In this document: positions 1 through 12,215 of the stretch, in pieces
Layout of the letters: each line of letters opens with the position of its first letter
How positions within the stretch are numbered: position 1 is the stretch's first letter
Assembly: GCF_006345805.1 (NCBI RefSeq)
Contig: NC_043003.1
Location: 100,812,001 to 100,876,000, forward strand
Length of the DNA stretch: 64,000 bases
Source: Octopus sinensis
Taxonomy: Eukaryota
Direction of reading: 5' to 3'
Program-made: the position numbers and the translations under genes
The notes under the pieces: generated by a model
Database searches by the model: none
What the model saw: only the letters and a program-made list of their open reading frames with translations
What the model was told of the DNA's origin: nothing

Positions 1-2220
1 TCTTTTGATGACCTTGTAGGGCCCGGAATATGGTGGTCGAAGTTGAGAGGGTATCCCATCATTCCTCACGAAGACATGAGTCCATGTGTTGATATCTTTT
101 GGGACACGTGAAACGACGTTCTGTTGTCTAGGGCCTGAGGGTGATACTTGCGACATGGATGTTCGTAATCGGTGCACATATTGTTGTGGGTCAGGGAAGT
201 TTTGTGAAACAGGTTCGATCATCTGCCCAGGTAAGGTGAGTGTTGTGCCATAAACGAGTTCGGCCGGAGTATATCCCAGTTCTTCCTTAATCGTGGATCG
301 AATTCCAAGGAGGATGAGAGGGAGATGTTCCAACCAGTGAGAACTGTCTGGAGCAGCTTTTATAGATGCCTTGAGTTGGCGGTGAAAGCGTTCCACCATG
401 CCATTTGCTGCAGGGTGGTAAGCTGTAGTGCGGGTGTGTTTACACCCGAGGAGACGAGTCAGCTCGGTGAAAAGGTGGGAATCGAACTGACGTCCTCTGT
501 CGGTGGTAATTGTTGCGGGTGTGCCAAAACGCGAAACCCATTGTGATATCAGCGTTTTAGCGACCGTTTCTGCTGATATATCAGATAGGGGCCAGGCTTC
601 GGGCCATCGCGAGAACCTATCTACGCAAGTTAGCAAATATGAATAGTTCTGCGAAGGTGGCAGGGGTCCAACGATATCAATGTGAACGTGCTGAAATCGT
701 GCATCGGGCTGCGAAAATGAACCGATTGGTGATTTTATGTGCCGGTGGATTTTCGATTTTTGGCACGCAACACAGCACTTGGTCCATTCTCTGATATCCT
801 TGTTGATACTGGTCCACACAAAACGGGTCGATATTAGCTTTTGAGTGGAGCGAATACCAGGATGTGACAGAGAATGTAGAGCGGAGAAAACTTCTCGACG
901 ATATTTCTGTGGTACATAAGGGCGTTGGTAACCAGTGGAAATATCACACCAAATATGGGCTGTGGATGATGGTAGTGGAACATGCTGAAATTTCAGAGAT
1001 GACGAATTCCGGAGCTTTAGAAGTTCTTCGTCATTCTCCTGGTCAGCTGCTATACGTGCCAGATCAATTGTAGACGTGGTGTGGATAGCATTGATCTGCG
1101 CACGTGAAAGTGCATCGGCTGCCACGTTGGTCGTCCCTTTGATGTGGCGTATATCCGTCGTGTACTGCGATATGAAATCGAGGTGGCGTATTTCTCTTGG
1201 CGAATGGCGATCCGGTTTGGTGTTAAATGCGTATACTAATGGCTTGTGGTCGGTATATATGGCAAAATTGGTACCTTCTAGCATATGACGGAAATGCTTA
1301 ACGGCCAGGTATGCCGCCAATAATTCCCGACTGAATGTGCTGTATTTGGTTTCCGCGGGTTTTAACCGCTTAGAAAAGAAAGACAACGGTTGCCATATAC
1401 CGTCAACAAGCTGTTGTAGCACACCTCCGATTCCGGAATCGGATGCATCAACGAGTAAACATCGTGGGGCGTCTGGTTTTGGATAAACCAACATGGTAGC
1501 GCTAGATAACGCTTTTTTCAGGGCAGCGAAAGAAACGAGTTGATCTTCGGTCAGAGCTATATCTGCGTTTTTGCAGGTTCGCTGACGTAGCAAATCCGTG
1601 AGCGGTTGCGCTATTTCAGCGAGGTGGGGCACGAACCGTCGATAGAAATTCGCTAGACCGAGATATTCCCTTAATTTGCGGAGAGATGTGGGTGGTGGAA
1701 AATCCACGATGGCCTTGACTTTCTCGGGAAGGGGACGAATTCCATTTTTATCGACTATATGGCCGAGAAAATGAAGGGAAGCAACTCCGAACAAACATTT
1801 AGTAGGGTTGATAACAATTCCGAATTTACGTAAACGTTCGAATAGCAGGTGAAGGTGTTGATTATGCTCTTCGTCCGAGTTACTGGCCACGAGTATGTCG
1901 TCTATGTAGGCATAGACGAAAGGCAAACCTCTAGTCACCATGTCGATAAACCTTTGGAATGTCTGTGCCGCGTTTCGTAAACCGAAAGGCATACGCAGGA
2001 ATTCAAACATTCCGAAAGGTGTAGTCACTGCTGTCTTTGAGATGTCTGCAGGTTCGACTGGGATTTGGTTGTATGCTCGCACCAGGTCGATTTTTGAAAA
2101 GATGCGAGCTCCATGCAGCGAGCTCGAAAAGTCCTGAAGAAAAGGCACCGGATAGGCATCACTGATAGTGCTTTTATTCAGTGATCGATAATCGCCGCAA
2201 ACCCGCCAATCGGTCGATGA
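1..2220 (-). CDS. pol: Pol RT-RNase H-integrase, open frame running off the window edge
   Basis: Manual translation gives [69 protein letters not shown], the HHCC finger, [17 protein letters not shown] and PPYSGPYKV. The ORF track reports no closed minus-strand ORF here, consistent with no stop before position 1. Confidence 0.88.
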
Positions 2221-2873
2221 TTTTTTTTGGGACGCAGTGTATCGGCGAGGACCAGTTGCTGCTGGAAACGCGGATGATTCCGAGGTCGAGCATGTGCTGG
2301 AATTCCCGCTTGACGGCCTGAAGACGATCAGGTGGTAACCTTCTGGGCCTTGCAGCAACAGGTGGACCGCTGGTTTTGATGTGGTGGGTAACGTCGTGCT
2401 TTATCGGCTGGTTATGAAAAACTGGCCGGGCGACATCTGGATAATCATTCAGGATGGAACTGTGACGAGTCGTTGTCGTAAGCATTACAGTTGGGCTGAC
2501 TGTGTCCATTCGAGCGGCTATACCGCGCACAGTAAGCTTGGTGGTGGTGTCGACAAGTCGTCTGTTCTTTATGTCTACCAGGAGACCGAAATGATGCAGG
2601 AAATCGGCTCCTAAATGTGCGGCGTAGTCCTATGTTTAATGTTAGGGACTGTTCACCGTAGGTTGGAATGGGTGAATGGTTGACTGCCTGAAGACAGACT
2701 GATGTCTCTTTTCTTTTTCCAGAAGTGTTGGAGACTGGGATGATGCTGACTTCCGCACCTGTGTCAACCAGGAAACGCGTGCCTGTTACACGATCGCAAA
2801 CGAAAAACAGGCGACTGTGTGGGTGCGAACCAGGAACTTCCGTCGCGTTCAATTCCTGGCTGTGCCGTTTCCC
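2221..2873 (-). pseudogene. pol: Pol N-terminus (aspartic protease to start of RT), -1 frame relative to gag, with two lesions
   Basis: Protease motif FLVDTGAEVSII. The frame breaks after LRRTF, where the expected W-V-F-I-I-A-D-type segment before LGADFLHHF is missing (near 2613). A second break lies in the 8-T run at 2221-2228. Confidence 0.85.
2811..2873 (-). promoter_or_regulatory. Predicted programmed -1 ribosomal frameshift signal (G GGA AAC plus pseudoknot)
   Basis: In-frame slippery heptamer at 2873-2867, 6-nt spacer, 10-bp stem 1 (2860-2851 with 2838-2829) and 5-bp stem 2 (GCGAC 2846-2842 with GUCGC 2815-2811). Confidence 0.8.
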
Positions 2874-3724
2874 GAACTGGGTGAGGAAAACGAGCACGGT
2901 ACCGTACATTTTTGTGCCCGTGTTCCGAATGTTCGGTGGTACCAACACGTGTCATGTGAGTTTCGGGTAGCACTGGGGCTTCGAGACCGTCTGCCATCTC
3001 GTCGAGATCGGCTGGTGCTTCGACGCTGGGGACTAAACTTTAGGGCTTGTATTTGGGCTGTGAGAATTTGTATTTGCGCAGCTTGCTGCGTCATTAATGC
3101 ACGCAAATCCGAAATCTCTGAAGAACTGGTTTGTGCACGGAAAGGATTGGTACTGGGAGCGGCTGGCGTCACCGTCGATACCGTTGGATATCTGTGCGGT
3201 ACTTCGGCTATTTTGTCAGCTAGCTCCGCAAGTTCTTCAAGGGATGTGTTTTCTCTGGTGGACGCGAGAACAACCTGGGTATTGGAGGGCAGACGCTGGA
3301 GAAAAAGTTGCTTGAAGATTTTTTCTGGGAGCGTCTCATCTCCGAGAAGCTGTTTCATTCTCCGAAGAAGCTGGGACGGCGTTTTGTCACCCAATTCTTC
3401 CGATATCAGAAGCTGGTGAAGTCTTTTTTGTTGGGATTCTGAGGTTCTGTTTATTAACGTGGTTTTAAAAACTTCATATGAAACAGAACCGGGTGGTGCC
3501 ATGATAAGGTCGCGTATCACGTTCGTTATTTCTGGTGACAGAGAACTGATAACGTGAGAAAGTCGAGCCGCATCGCTCGATATTCTGTGAGAGGCAAACT
3601 GTGCCTCTATATGGTGAAACCACAATGTCGGGTCGTGGGTCCAGAATGGTGGAATTTTTAACGAGATCGCCGCTTGGAATGCCATGTCGATGTTGGCCGC
3701 TGGGCTTTGTTCCGGGAGATTCAT
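2849..3724 (-). CDS. gag: Gag (291 aa) of the CsRn1-like element
   Basis: Intact ORF with KIPPFWTHDPTLWFHHIEAQF, LGDKTPSQLLRRM, FLQRLP, an RS-rich tract and a C-terminal CHCC knuckle. Confidence 0.92.
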   Translation of the reverse strand: MNLPEQSPAANIDMAFQAAISLKIPPFWTHDPTLWFHHIEAQFASHRISSDAARLSHVISSLSPEITNVIRDLIMAPPGSVSYEVFKTTLINRTSESQQKRLHQLLISEELGDKTPSQLLRRMKQLLGDETLPEKIFKQLFLQRLPSNTQVVLASTRENTSLEELAELADKIAEVPHRYPTVSTVTPAAPSTNPFRAQTSSSEISDLRALMTQQAAQIQILTAQIQALKFSPQRRSTSRSRRDGRRSRSPSATRNSHDTCWYHRTFGTRAQKCTVPCSFSSPSSGNGTARN

Positions 3725-3829
3725 TGTTTTTGTCGGAATTTTCAGTTGCTTCGTTGCTGGTGATGTGCAAACTGTAATTCTTCGACGCGGTTGATGAAGC
3801 TGGTTCCAGGGAAGGCGCGATTCGTTTTA

Positions 3830-3840
3830 CGGGGTCACCA
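3830..3840 (-). promoter_or_regulatory. Primer-binding site complementary to the tRNA-Trp 3' end
   Basis: TGGTGACCCCG lies 2 nt downstream of the LTR end (...CCACTACA at 3843) and matches the first 11 nt of the known tRNA-Trp PBS. Confidence 0.85.
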
Positions 3841-3842
3841 AA

Positions 3843-4380
3843 TGTAGTGGATGCGTGGATGTATTAATAAATACATAAGTGCTTTGTAATAAATTAAAGA
3901 TTTATTATCACTACATCAATTTGTAAGCAATGTTACACATCGCTTGTACAAAATGCATATTAAATAGTGGTTGCAAATAATACATATTAAAGGAATGCAT
4001 AATACAGGATACACATTAAAGCAGAATATGTTTGATGGTGCGTGTGTGTGCGTGTGTGTAAATCATGCATGACAGAGTCACCTTTCTGAATATTCTTTCG
4101 TCGTCCTCATAAATGCGTGACGTTCTCTTAAACGTTGGTTCGGCTTCTCTCCAGATACCTATTTCTCCGTTCTATTTATAACATCTCAAATAGCCAGAAA
4201 AATAGATATACCGCAAGAGTGTTATTGCGTACAGTAGGTCGCTGGTCGTCCTGTTAAACTTCGCCTGACCTGCTCGGGTCAGAGGTCGAAGGGAGACGAT
4301 CCATCATTTTTTGTCAGAACAAAGAGATTCTGATTTCGCGCCTTTTTGTGCATTGGTATTTTACGACCAATGATTCTTGG
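3843..4380 (-). repeat. 5' LTR of the CsRn1-like element (3' end exact, 5' end approximate)
   Basis: Ends in CA next to the PBS. Minus-strand AATAAA at 3906-3901 and TATAAATAG at 4180-4172. The partner LTR is outside the window, so the start and TSD cannot be fixed. Confidence 0.45.
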
Positions 4381-4404
4381 GTCTGATTTCGAATCCAAGC
4401 TTTG

Positions 4405-4745
4405 AGAAGGAAGTGCTAATTCTTACACATGCACTAATGAGAACTGTGAGGTATGTAACTTTAACCCCAATATTAACTGTAAAACTAAGGAACGTAGTCT
4501 ACAGCATAAGGTGCATGGAAGGAGTTTGTAAAGACAGAAACATGACATACATTGGGAAGACTTATGAGTTTAGTGGAGAGGCTAAATGAATACTGGAGCG
4601 ACTCATCATGCCAAAGACCAACATGGCTGCATGTTGGGCTGAAATGACATCCACATTTTGTCCAAATACCTGAAGGACCAATCACTTAGACAAATACAAG
4701 AGTACATCCTCATAAATGAAACATAACCCATACTAAATAGAAAAT
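4405..4745 (+). mobile_element. Penelope-like element, GIY-YIG endonuclease remnant
   Basis: Translates across frameshifts to CTNENCEVC..NCKT and NVVYSIRCMEGVCKDRNMTYIGKT, the VY..C..YIG.T signature. Confidence 0.6.
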
Positions 4746-5039
4746 AAATGGAGGTACAGATACCTCAATGCCCCAGATACCAACCACAGCGTACATATAT
4801 AGGTACATTTGTAAGTAGACAGGTAGGTAGATAAGTAAGCTTTTAGGTTGTTTGGTTAGGTTATATAGATTGTTAGTAACTTAGTTAATTATGTGGGGAG
4901 ATAGACAAGTAGGTAAATAGTACAGACACATGCACACACACACACAAGTAGATAGAAACACATGACCACACACACATCATGCATACACATGCACACATAC
5001 CCTAATTGAACTGAATTAATATTATTTTTTTGAAGTACC

Positions 5040-6170
5040 ACCATTATAGGTATTAATACTCCAGTGAAATTAAGAAATCAACTTGTAAATAAATGAATCC
5101 ATCAGTGTACACACACATGCACAGTTGTATATCTATGTATGTATTTACATGCACATGTACCCATATGTGTCTACACACATAGGTACACCATGATCTATAC
5201 ACACACAGACAAGGAACAATTCACATGAAAAAAAAAATGAAATGAAATACTTATAGAAATAATTGCAAAAAATTTAAGTGTTTTCAACATCTTTCAATGA
5301 TGGCAGGGGAATCAAACGTACTGTAGTTCATTGTAGGATATAAATGATATGACCACTTGCTTATCGGGAAATTTGTAAGCTTGATTTTTTTTTTATTTAA
5401 AAAAAGTTTCACTATTATAGGCATAGAAGTGGCTGTGTAGTAAGTAGCTTGCTTACCAACCACATGGCTCCGGGTTCAGTCCCACTGCGTGGCATCTTGG
5501 GCAAGTGTCTTCTACTATAGCCTCGAGCCAACCAAAGCCGTGTGAGTGGATTTGGTAGACAGAAACTGAAAGAAGCCCATTGTATATATGTATATACATG
5601 TGTGTGTATATGTTTGTGTGTCTGTGTTTGTCCCCCCAACATTGCTTGGCAAAAGAAACTGATAGAATAAGTACTAGACTTACAAAGAATAGTCGATTTT
5701 TAGTTGATTTACTCGACTAAAAGTGGTACTCCAGCATGGCAACAGTCAAATGACCAAAACAAATAAAAGAATAACAGAATAGGTATTTATACTCCGGTGA
5801 AATTAATAAATTAACTTATAAATAAACAAAACCCTTGAATATATCACTGTACACACACACACACAAGAGTCACATATCCATGTATGTATTCATGCATGCA
5901 TGTATGTATGTATGTATGTACCCAAATGTGTCTACATGCATAGGTAGCCCATGATCTATATACACGCAGACAAGGGTAAATTCATATGAAAAAAGTGAGC
6001 AAAATGAAATACTTATAGAAAATATTGCAGAGTTTGAGAAGTGTTTCACCATTATAGGTATTTATACACTGGTGAAATTAAGAAATCAACTCGTAAATAA
6101 ACGAAGCCCTTGAATCCATCACTGTACACACACACAGTCACATATCTATGCATGTATTTATGTATATTTG
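5040..6170. repeat. Diverged local tandem repeat, about 270-bp unit, about 2.5 copies, split by a SINE
   Basis: The block aggtatt(t/a)atac(t/a)cYggtgaaattaa...tgaaatacttatagaaa recurs near 5048, 5781 and 6056. Confidence 0.65.
5419..5771 (+). mobile_element. tRNA-derived CORE-like SINE (Octopus OR-type)
   Basis: A/B-box-like head (gtggctgtgtagtaag...gggttcagtccc) and CORE-like atcttgggcaagtgtc. The same family recurs at 26790-27035 and 55795-56195. Confidence 0.65.
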
Positions 6171-6859
6171 AAGTTAATCAAACCAAATTTTCATCATTTC
6201 AAGCCACTCAATGAGTGTTTCTGCAAAATTCAGTGAAAATCTGTTCAGTTGTTTTCCAGTAATTTTGCAAACACACAGACAAACAAAGACAAGTGATTAC
6301 AATGCCCTGCTTTCACTTATGCGCACAGGGTAACAAAACAAATGACCAACTGTTTAACCAAGTTAAACAAACAATTGATTAGTTAGTTGGATATTTAACC
6401 AATTGACTAATAATAAAGGAGTGGAATTGAAGTAGTGTATGTTAATAATATTAACGTAATGACTCTCCCTAGACACAAATAAACTATTCCATTCTAAGAG
6501 AAAATAGCTCAGAATTGTTCTCCTCCAGCTAGCTTGGAGTCAAGTTGTTGCAGTCAGCAATACAGAGTAGAGTTCTCCAGAGAACTATGTAAGGGTCATT
6601 ACCATTTCAGATGGAGTCCCAGTGATATCAGCAACTTCAAGAAATACCTCAATACTCTGACAAAAACATAACTTTAAGCTGCAATATCCCATACACTCTA
6701 TCAACCATAAAAACCATTGCAGCTTGAATAAATAGCAATGGGAATATTTTAATCTTAGCATCTGAATATGTGACAGATTTTAGAACTGAAGTGAGTTGTG
6801 AAGTATGATTTTATGCATATTTTACTAAAATGACAGCATCATGCAAACATTCTAATAAC

Positions 6860-7545
6860 ATCACCCTAGCAGTTGAGGGAATCTGTGGAAGACCTGGGAT
6901 GGAGTCGTGAAGCACGACCTTCGAACTTTAGGCCTCACCAAGGAAATGACTAGTGACTGAGACTTTGGAAATATGCTGTGCTTGAGAAGACCCAGCAAGC
7001 CAAATGAGACCATAACTTCGTGGCCTATGCCAGGAGCGTAACCAGCCCACTTATGTGTACCTTTTCCTTCTTTGGACACTAAACTCTGCTTGCGAAGACC
7101 TGTTGAGGCAAGTGAAATCAAAATCAAATTCGATGACTGGCATCCATGCTAGCGGGGTGCAAAGAGCACCATACGAGTGTGATCGTTTCCAGAGCAGCTA
7201 ACTGGCTTCCATGCCAGTGGCACGTAAAAGGGCACCATTTGAGCGTGATTGTTACCAGTGTCACCTTACTGGCACCTGTGCTGGTGGCATGTGTAAAAAG
7301 ATTCGAGCGAGGTCATTGCCTGTACTGCCTGACTGGACCCCGTGCCGGTGGCATGTAAAAAGCACCCACTTCACTCTCGAAGTGGTTGGTGTTAGGAAGA
7401 ACATCCAGCTGTAGAAACTCTACCAGATCGAGACTGGAGCCTGATGCAGCCATATGGTTTGTCAGCCCTCAGTCAAAATCGTCCAACCCATGTAGCATGG
7501 AAAGCGGACGTCAAACGATGATAATGATGATGATGATATATAATA
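6860..7545 (+). mobile_element. 5'-truncated RTE-clade LINE 3' end with long 3' UTR
   Basis: Encodes ..KTWDGVVKHDLRTLGLTKEMTSD..WKYAVLEKT, followed by a UTR with gccagtggcacgtaaaa repeats and a (GAT)n tail shared with 16527 and 50540. Confidence 0.7.
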
Positions 7546-7989
7546 AGCTATGTGTCTATATGTATTTTTTTTTGTTTTTGTGAGTAACTCTTTAGCATTT
7601 GAAGCTGTTAAATTTGTTCAATTGATAAGATTTTTACTTTCTAAATCATTCAAAATGAGCCGGTGTCATTCTGAAATAGTTTTCTGAATTATTCAACAGC
7701 ATTTCTACTCTCTTGCAGCATCTCTACTTAATTATTCTGTTTGTCTTTTGCATTTGAAAGTTCATTCAAATCCTTTCTGTTTTGTTCACAGTTTTCAATT
7801 CTTTTGATTTTGTTCCAATTGTTTTCAAATTTTGTGTATTGATGTTTTGTATGCTAATTATGGAAATTCATTTTTACCATAAATTAATAAATAAAAAGTT
7901 AATAGCTTTTAAAGTTTGCAAGTTTTGGGTAATTCTAGCCAATTGAATGCACATACATATTGGTGTCCGTTTCCTTAGTAACAAGCCAA

Positions 7990-9750
7990 GGTATAGATGA
8001 GCTTCAGATAGGTTCCTCACAGGCAAGACACATAAGTATAAAATTTTCTGGGAAGGTAACAGTGACAGGGTAGGTGGTGTGGGCATACTTTTTGCAGAGA
8101 AATGGGTGGATAAGGTCATAGAGGTAGTCAGATTTTGCTATAGAGTACTTAAGCTCAGGCTAGTCTTGCAAAATAGTATAATGACAATTACCTCTGCCTA
8201 TGCCCCACAAGCAGGCCTACCAAATGAACAAAAGGAGCCCTTTTATGATATTCTTCTGCAGCCTACCTCAAAAATGAGTGACAATGAACTCATCTTTGTG
8301 GCATGTCGGACGGCAGCCTGGTATCTTCCATGGTGTACATGGGGGCCATGGAATTGGTTCCTGAAACAAAGAGTGAACAAGGCTACTGGAGTTTTGTGAT
8401 GAAAATAACCTGTTGATCTGCAGCACCAACTTCAGGAGGCCAGCCAGCCACCTGATAATCTACCAATCAGGTGACTATGCTCGCCAGATAAATTACATTT
8501 TCACCAGACAGCAGGATGCATGGTTGCTCCTGGTGAAGAATGTACCCCACGGCATAGACTAATCATTAGTGACCTTTAGACAGAAGGATGCCAAGCAGAC
8601 CAATCTGGAAGAGAAGAATTTGGAAGCTTAAGGACTTTTCATATGGTCAGAGATTCAGGGACATCCTAATTGAGAAATTTGATGAAAGAGAGGAGGAGCT
8701 ACAGACTTGTGTCATAGAGGACTACTGGGAATTCCTGCGGGACAGCTTTCTGAGTGCCACAGACCAAAGCTGTAGCTGCTGCCATCCAGCCCAAGGGTGA
8801 CGTGATGGTGGAACGATGCTGTCATTAGAGCAAAGAAACAGGCCTGGAAGAGTGGGGGTAGCAGGTAACTGTATCAGATAGCCAGAATTGAAGCTAGGAG
8901 ACAGGTATATCTAGCCAAAGGAGAAGCAGAAGAACTTTGCTTTATGTTCAGCAGTGTGAGGACCAAAGACTTGAAGTGTTTCAGATTGCAAGACAGTGTG
9001 TAAGAGAAAATTGTGATGATATAGGAGAGAAATGTGTCCGTATGGATGATGGAACACTTGCATTTAATGATTCTGCAAAGAAAATGGCTTGGAAATACTA
9101 TTATGAAAGACTGCTGAATGTAGAGAAAGAATGAGAAGATGAGAATCTGTCAAATGCTGGCCCAATTGAGAGACTAGCTATCTCAATTGATAGTACCTTG
9201 GTAGATAAAGCAATTAAGAATATGAAGACAAGGAAAGCCTCCAACTCTTCAGGAATCACTGCTGAGATGTTTAAGATATCTGGTGGTGTGGGTTATAGTC
9301 TAGTCACTCGTATTATAAATCAGATGGTTCATGAAGGAGTCATAACCAATGACTGGTGTAGCTGCACCATAATCAACTGCTACAAGGTTAAGGTGATGCC
9401 TGAGATGGAAATAATTACAGAGGTATTAAAATCGCAGAGAGGGTCATAGCCTAACTAATTAGGGAGAAAGTTAGTCTCGATGAGATGCAGTATTTCTGTT
9501 AAGGCAACATTTCTGGTAAGTATGCTATATTTCTGGTAAGGCAGCTACAGGAGAAATACATAGCCAAAGATAAACCTCTGTACTTGGCTTTTGTTGACAT
9601 GGAGAAAGCCTCTGACAGGGTCCCCCCAATCCCTTATCCAGTGGTCAATGTGGAAACTGGGGATAGACAAGTGGTTAGTGAGAGCTGCCAATAAGGTGAG
9701 AGTGGCCAATGAGTACAGTGAAAAATTCCGGGTACAAGTAGAGATTCACC
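7990..9750 (+). mobile_element. Decayed RTE-clade LINE (APE endonuclease plus N-terminal RT)
   Basis: GVGILFAEKWVDKV and ITSAYAPQAGL (APE); K..KASNSSGITAEMFK and YLAFVDMEKA.DRVP (RT); many stops and frameshifts. Confidence 0.85.
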
Positions 9751-9947
9751 AATAGGAGTTGTAGCAGTAGTAGCAATATGTAATAATCCCTACTCTTGTG
9801 ACCTTATGTCCAAGTAGAAACTCAAGCAAACCAAACTGCTCCAGCAATTATTTTAATAATAAAAGAGGGATAATGGTATGGTAGTGGTGACAATGATAAT
9901 TATACTGACAGTAATAGTAATAACAGTAATAATAATAAGCAGCAACA

Positions 9948-10335
9948 GCGTGGAGGTGCAATGGCCCAATGGTTAGGGCAGCGGACTCGCAGTCGGAGGA
10001 TCGCGGTTTCGATTCCCAGACCGGGCATTGTGTGTGTTTATTGAGCGAAAACACCAAAAGCTCCACGAGGCTCCGGCAGGGGGTGGTGGCAACCCCTGTT
10101 GTACTCTTTCACTCCAACTTTCTCTCACTCTTTCTTCCTGTTTCTTGTACCCGACTTTCTACACAACCGCTGAGCCTGGATGCGCATTCATCCATCCGTT
10201 GATGCTCTCGGTGTCGGTGGGGTGACCTGCTATCTCTTCTGCGGGTCTTATGAATGGCAAAGGACCACGTTTCGGACTTCTCCCATCTTGTGAGCTCTGG
10301 GACGAAGACCGTTTGCTCAACAGCAACAGCAGCAG
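9948..10335 (+). mobile_element. Young tRNA-derived SINE (Ala-CGC-like head)
   Basis: A box TGGCCCAATGG at 9962-9972 and B box GGTTTCGATTCC at 10005-10016, then about 300 bp of non-tRNA body and a (CAA/CAG)n tail. CpGs are retained. Confidence 0.75.
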
Positions 10336-11099
10336 CAACATCTTCAGTGGTTCTACAAAATTTTAAAATTCTCTATTAAAACTACTAAATTCTGTTGGGT
10401 TTACTCTCTCGCAGGCACATTTTCTTTTTGTTTTGTGTCTTCTCACATACAGCATTTCTCTCCCTCCCCACCAATTTTTTTTAGTGGTAGAATGGTTGAT
10501 GAAGCAATCACCACCCAAGACAGCAATAGTATTAATAAAAATTGTCTCTACTGAATGGCAACTGAATCAGCAACCCCACAGAACTTGCTATTTGGTCACT
10601 CTGCAGGATGAAATACCAGGTCTGTCTAAAGGTGGACGGACTTTGAGGAATCAACAATCTTCCAACTAGCAAATTTTTATTAGTTGTGCTGCCAATTAAG
10701 CTTTTACCACTTAATACAGCAGTTATAATAACAATGATGAATAATAATTATATTTATGTGTGTGTACGTATGCATGTGTAGATATGTGTATGTATACATA
10801 TATACTTCACCAGCTGCAGAGGTCAGAGTACTGGGTTGGTGTCCAGCTCACTTAAACTTTTAAGGTTAGAGGGAGCCTTGGAGTCTTTTTAGACAAACCC
10901 TTCTAGAGATAGTGCCTTGATAAAAATATTAGGTAATGCATAAAAGAATTAAAATAAATAATGGTATAAATAAGGATGGAACTGCAGATAATGGACACTT
11001 GTCCAGGAGGTTCCCTGTGGGTGAGAAGCACAAACTCAGTCATCATTATCTAAAGAGCACTCTGTCAGTTACGATGACAAGGGTCCCAGCTGATACAAT

Positions 11100-11378
11100 C
11101 AACAGAACAGCTTGTTTGTGAAATTAATGTGCAAGTGGCTGAGCACTCCACAGACACATGTGCCCCTAATGTAGTTCTCAGGGAGATTCAGCGTGACACA
11201 GAGTGTGACAAGGCTGACCCTTTGAAATATAGGTACAACTTATTTTTGCCAGCTGAGTGAACCAGAGCAACATGAAATAAAGTGTCTTGCTCAAGGACAC
11301 AACGCGTTGCCAGGAATTGAACTCATAATCTTACAATTGTGAGTTGAATGCTCTAACCACTAAGCCATGCACCTTCAC
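11100..11378 (-). mobile_element. tRNA-derived SINE with a gtgtccttgagcaagacactt central domain
   Basis: Minus strand reads aggtgcatggcttagtggttagagc...gagttcaattcc...cgttgtgtccttgagcaagacacttt. A related copy lies at 17710-17940 (+). Confidence 0.7.
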
Positions 11379-11399
11379 AGTCATCATTATACAGCTGTC

Positions 11400-12215
11400 A
11401 GAACAAAATGAATTAAAGCAATGAGCCAGCTGTCATGGAATGTTATTTTTTGAGTAAACCTGATGAAGGAAAGCCCATAAAAGGATATAGAAAGAGAATG
11501 CATGGATGGAGATGCAGGGCTTAGATATTACAGAACAGAGACTCTGTGACCAGGCAAGGACCATAAGAAAGAAAGGATGGCTAACAGCATTAGAGGTTGA
11601 TGAGATTAAGAATGACAATGAAAAACACAGAGTGAAGTTGAGGTGGCTACAGAGAATATCTACAAGATTGTATTTAATGAAAGTTCTGAGAATTATACTG
11701 GTTTAAGTCTTGAGAATATAGAAGGACTGAGAAAATTTGGACATGGGATTACTCTTTAGTGGGGTTGCTGATTTAGTTGCCAGCAGCCCAGTACTTGTGA
11801 TTTGGTAGAGATAATTTTTATTGATACTATTGCTGTCTTGGGTGGTTGATTGCTTCATCAACCATGCTACCACTAAAGTGAGTAGGATTTTGCTTAGGGG
11901 ATGGGCTCAGAAGCTGAAAGAAATTAAGATAGATAATATAACTGGAACAAATAGATTGATTAAAGCATGTATCATCTATATAGGAAGGAAAGTAGGTCTT
12001 GAACCAAACCATAAAAGAGGAAATGTATAAAAAGAACCTTGATGGAAAAGAAGGATAAAGTAACCAATGAAAACCTTGAAAAGAAAGAAACAAGATAAAA
12101 CCAGGAAGGAGAAATATCAGGAACTGGAACGTAGGTACAGGATCAAAAAAAGGGGCTTAATGTATTCCTTGAAGAGCTAAAGCTACAAAAATCAAGAGGT
12201 ATGAACAAAGTGTGA
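11400..12215 (+). mobile_element. R4/Dong-like REL-endonuclease LINE, 5' ORF fragment
   Basis: TEQRLCDQARTIRKKGWL and ITGTNRLIKACIIYIG resemble the N-terminal part of the fragment at 44880-46200. Confidence 0.6.

Larger units (their letters stand above)
1..4380 (-). mobile_element. Ty3/Gypsy LTR retrotransposon, CsRn1/Kabuki/Boudicca-like clade; young, truncated by the left window edge (upper LTR boundary approximate)
   Basis: Gag has the C-X2-H-X9-C-X3-C motif (CWYHRTFGTRAQKCTVPC) typical of the CsRn1 clade. The tRNA-Trp PBS is present, domain order is PR-RT-RH-IN, and the sequence is richer in GC and CpG than its flanks. Confidence 0.9.

Noticed and set aside
325-3419. Plus-strand ORFs over the GC-rich left end (for example 2817-3419, 200 aa), and the idea of bacterial contamination or HGT
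   Set aside because: They are antisense shadows of gag/pol. The high GC is explained by a young Gypsy element with a PBS, an LTR and a continuous junction to host-like DNA.
3843-3915. A 73-bp mini-LTR bounded by TGTAGTG...CACTACA
   Set aside because: It is too short to hold a promoter, a TATA-like motif lies 260 bp further up, and the partner LTR is outside the window. It is treated as an internal inverted repeat.
9948-10025. Possible tRNA-Ala(CGC) gene
   Set aside because: There is no clean acceptor stem or oligo-T terminator. It continues into a 300-bp body with a simple-repeat tail, so it is a SINE head.
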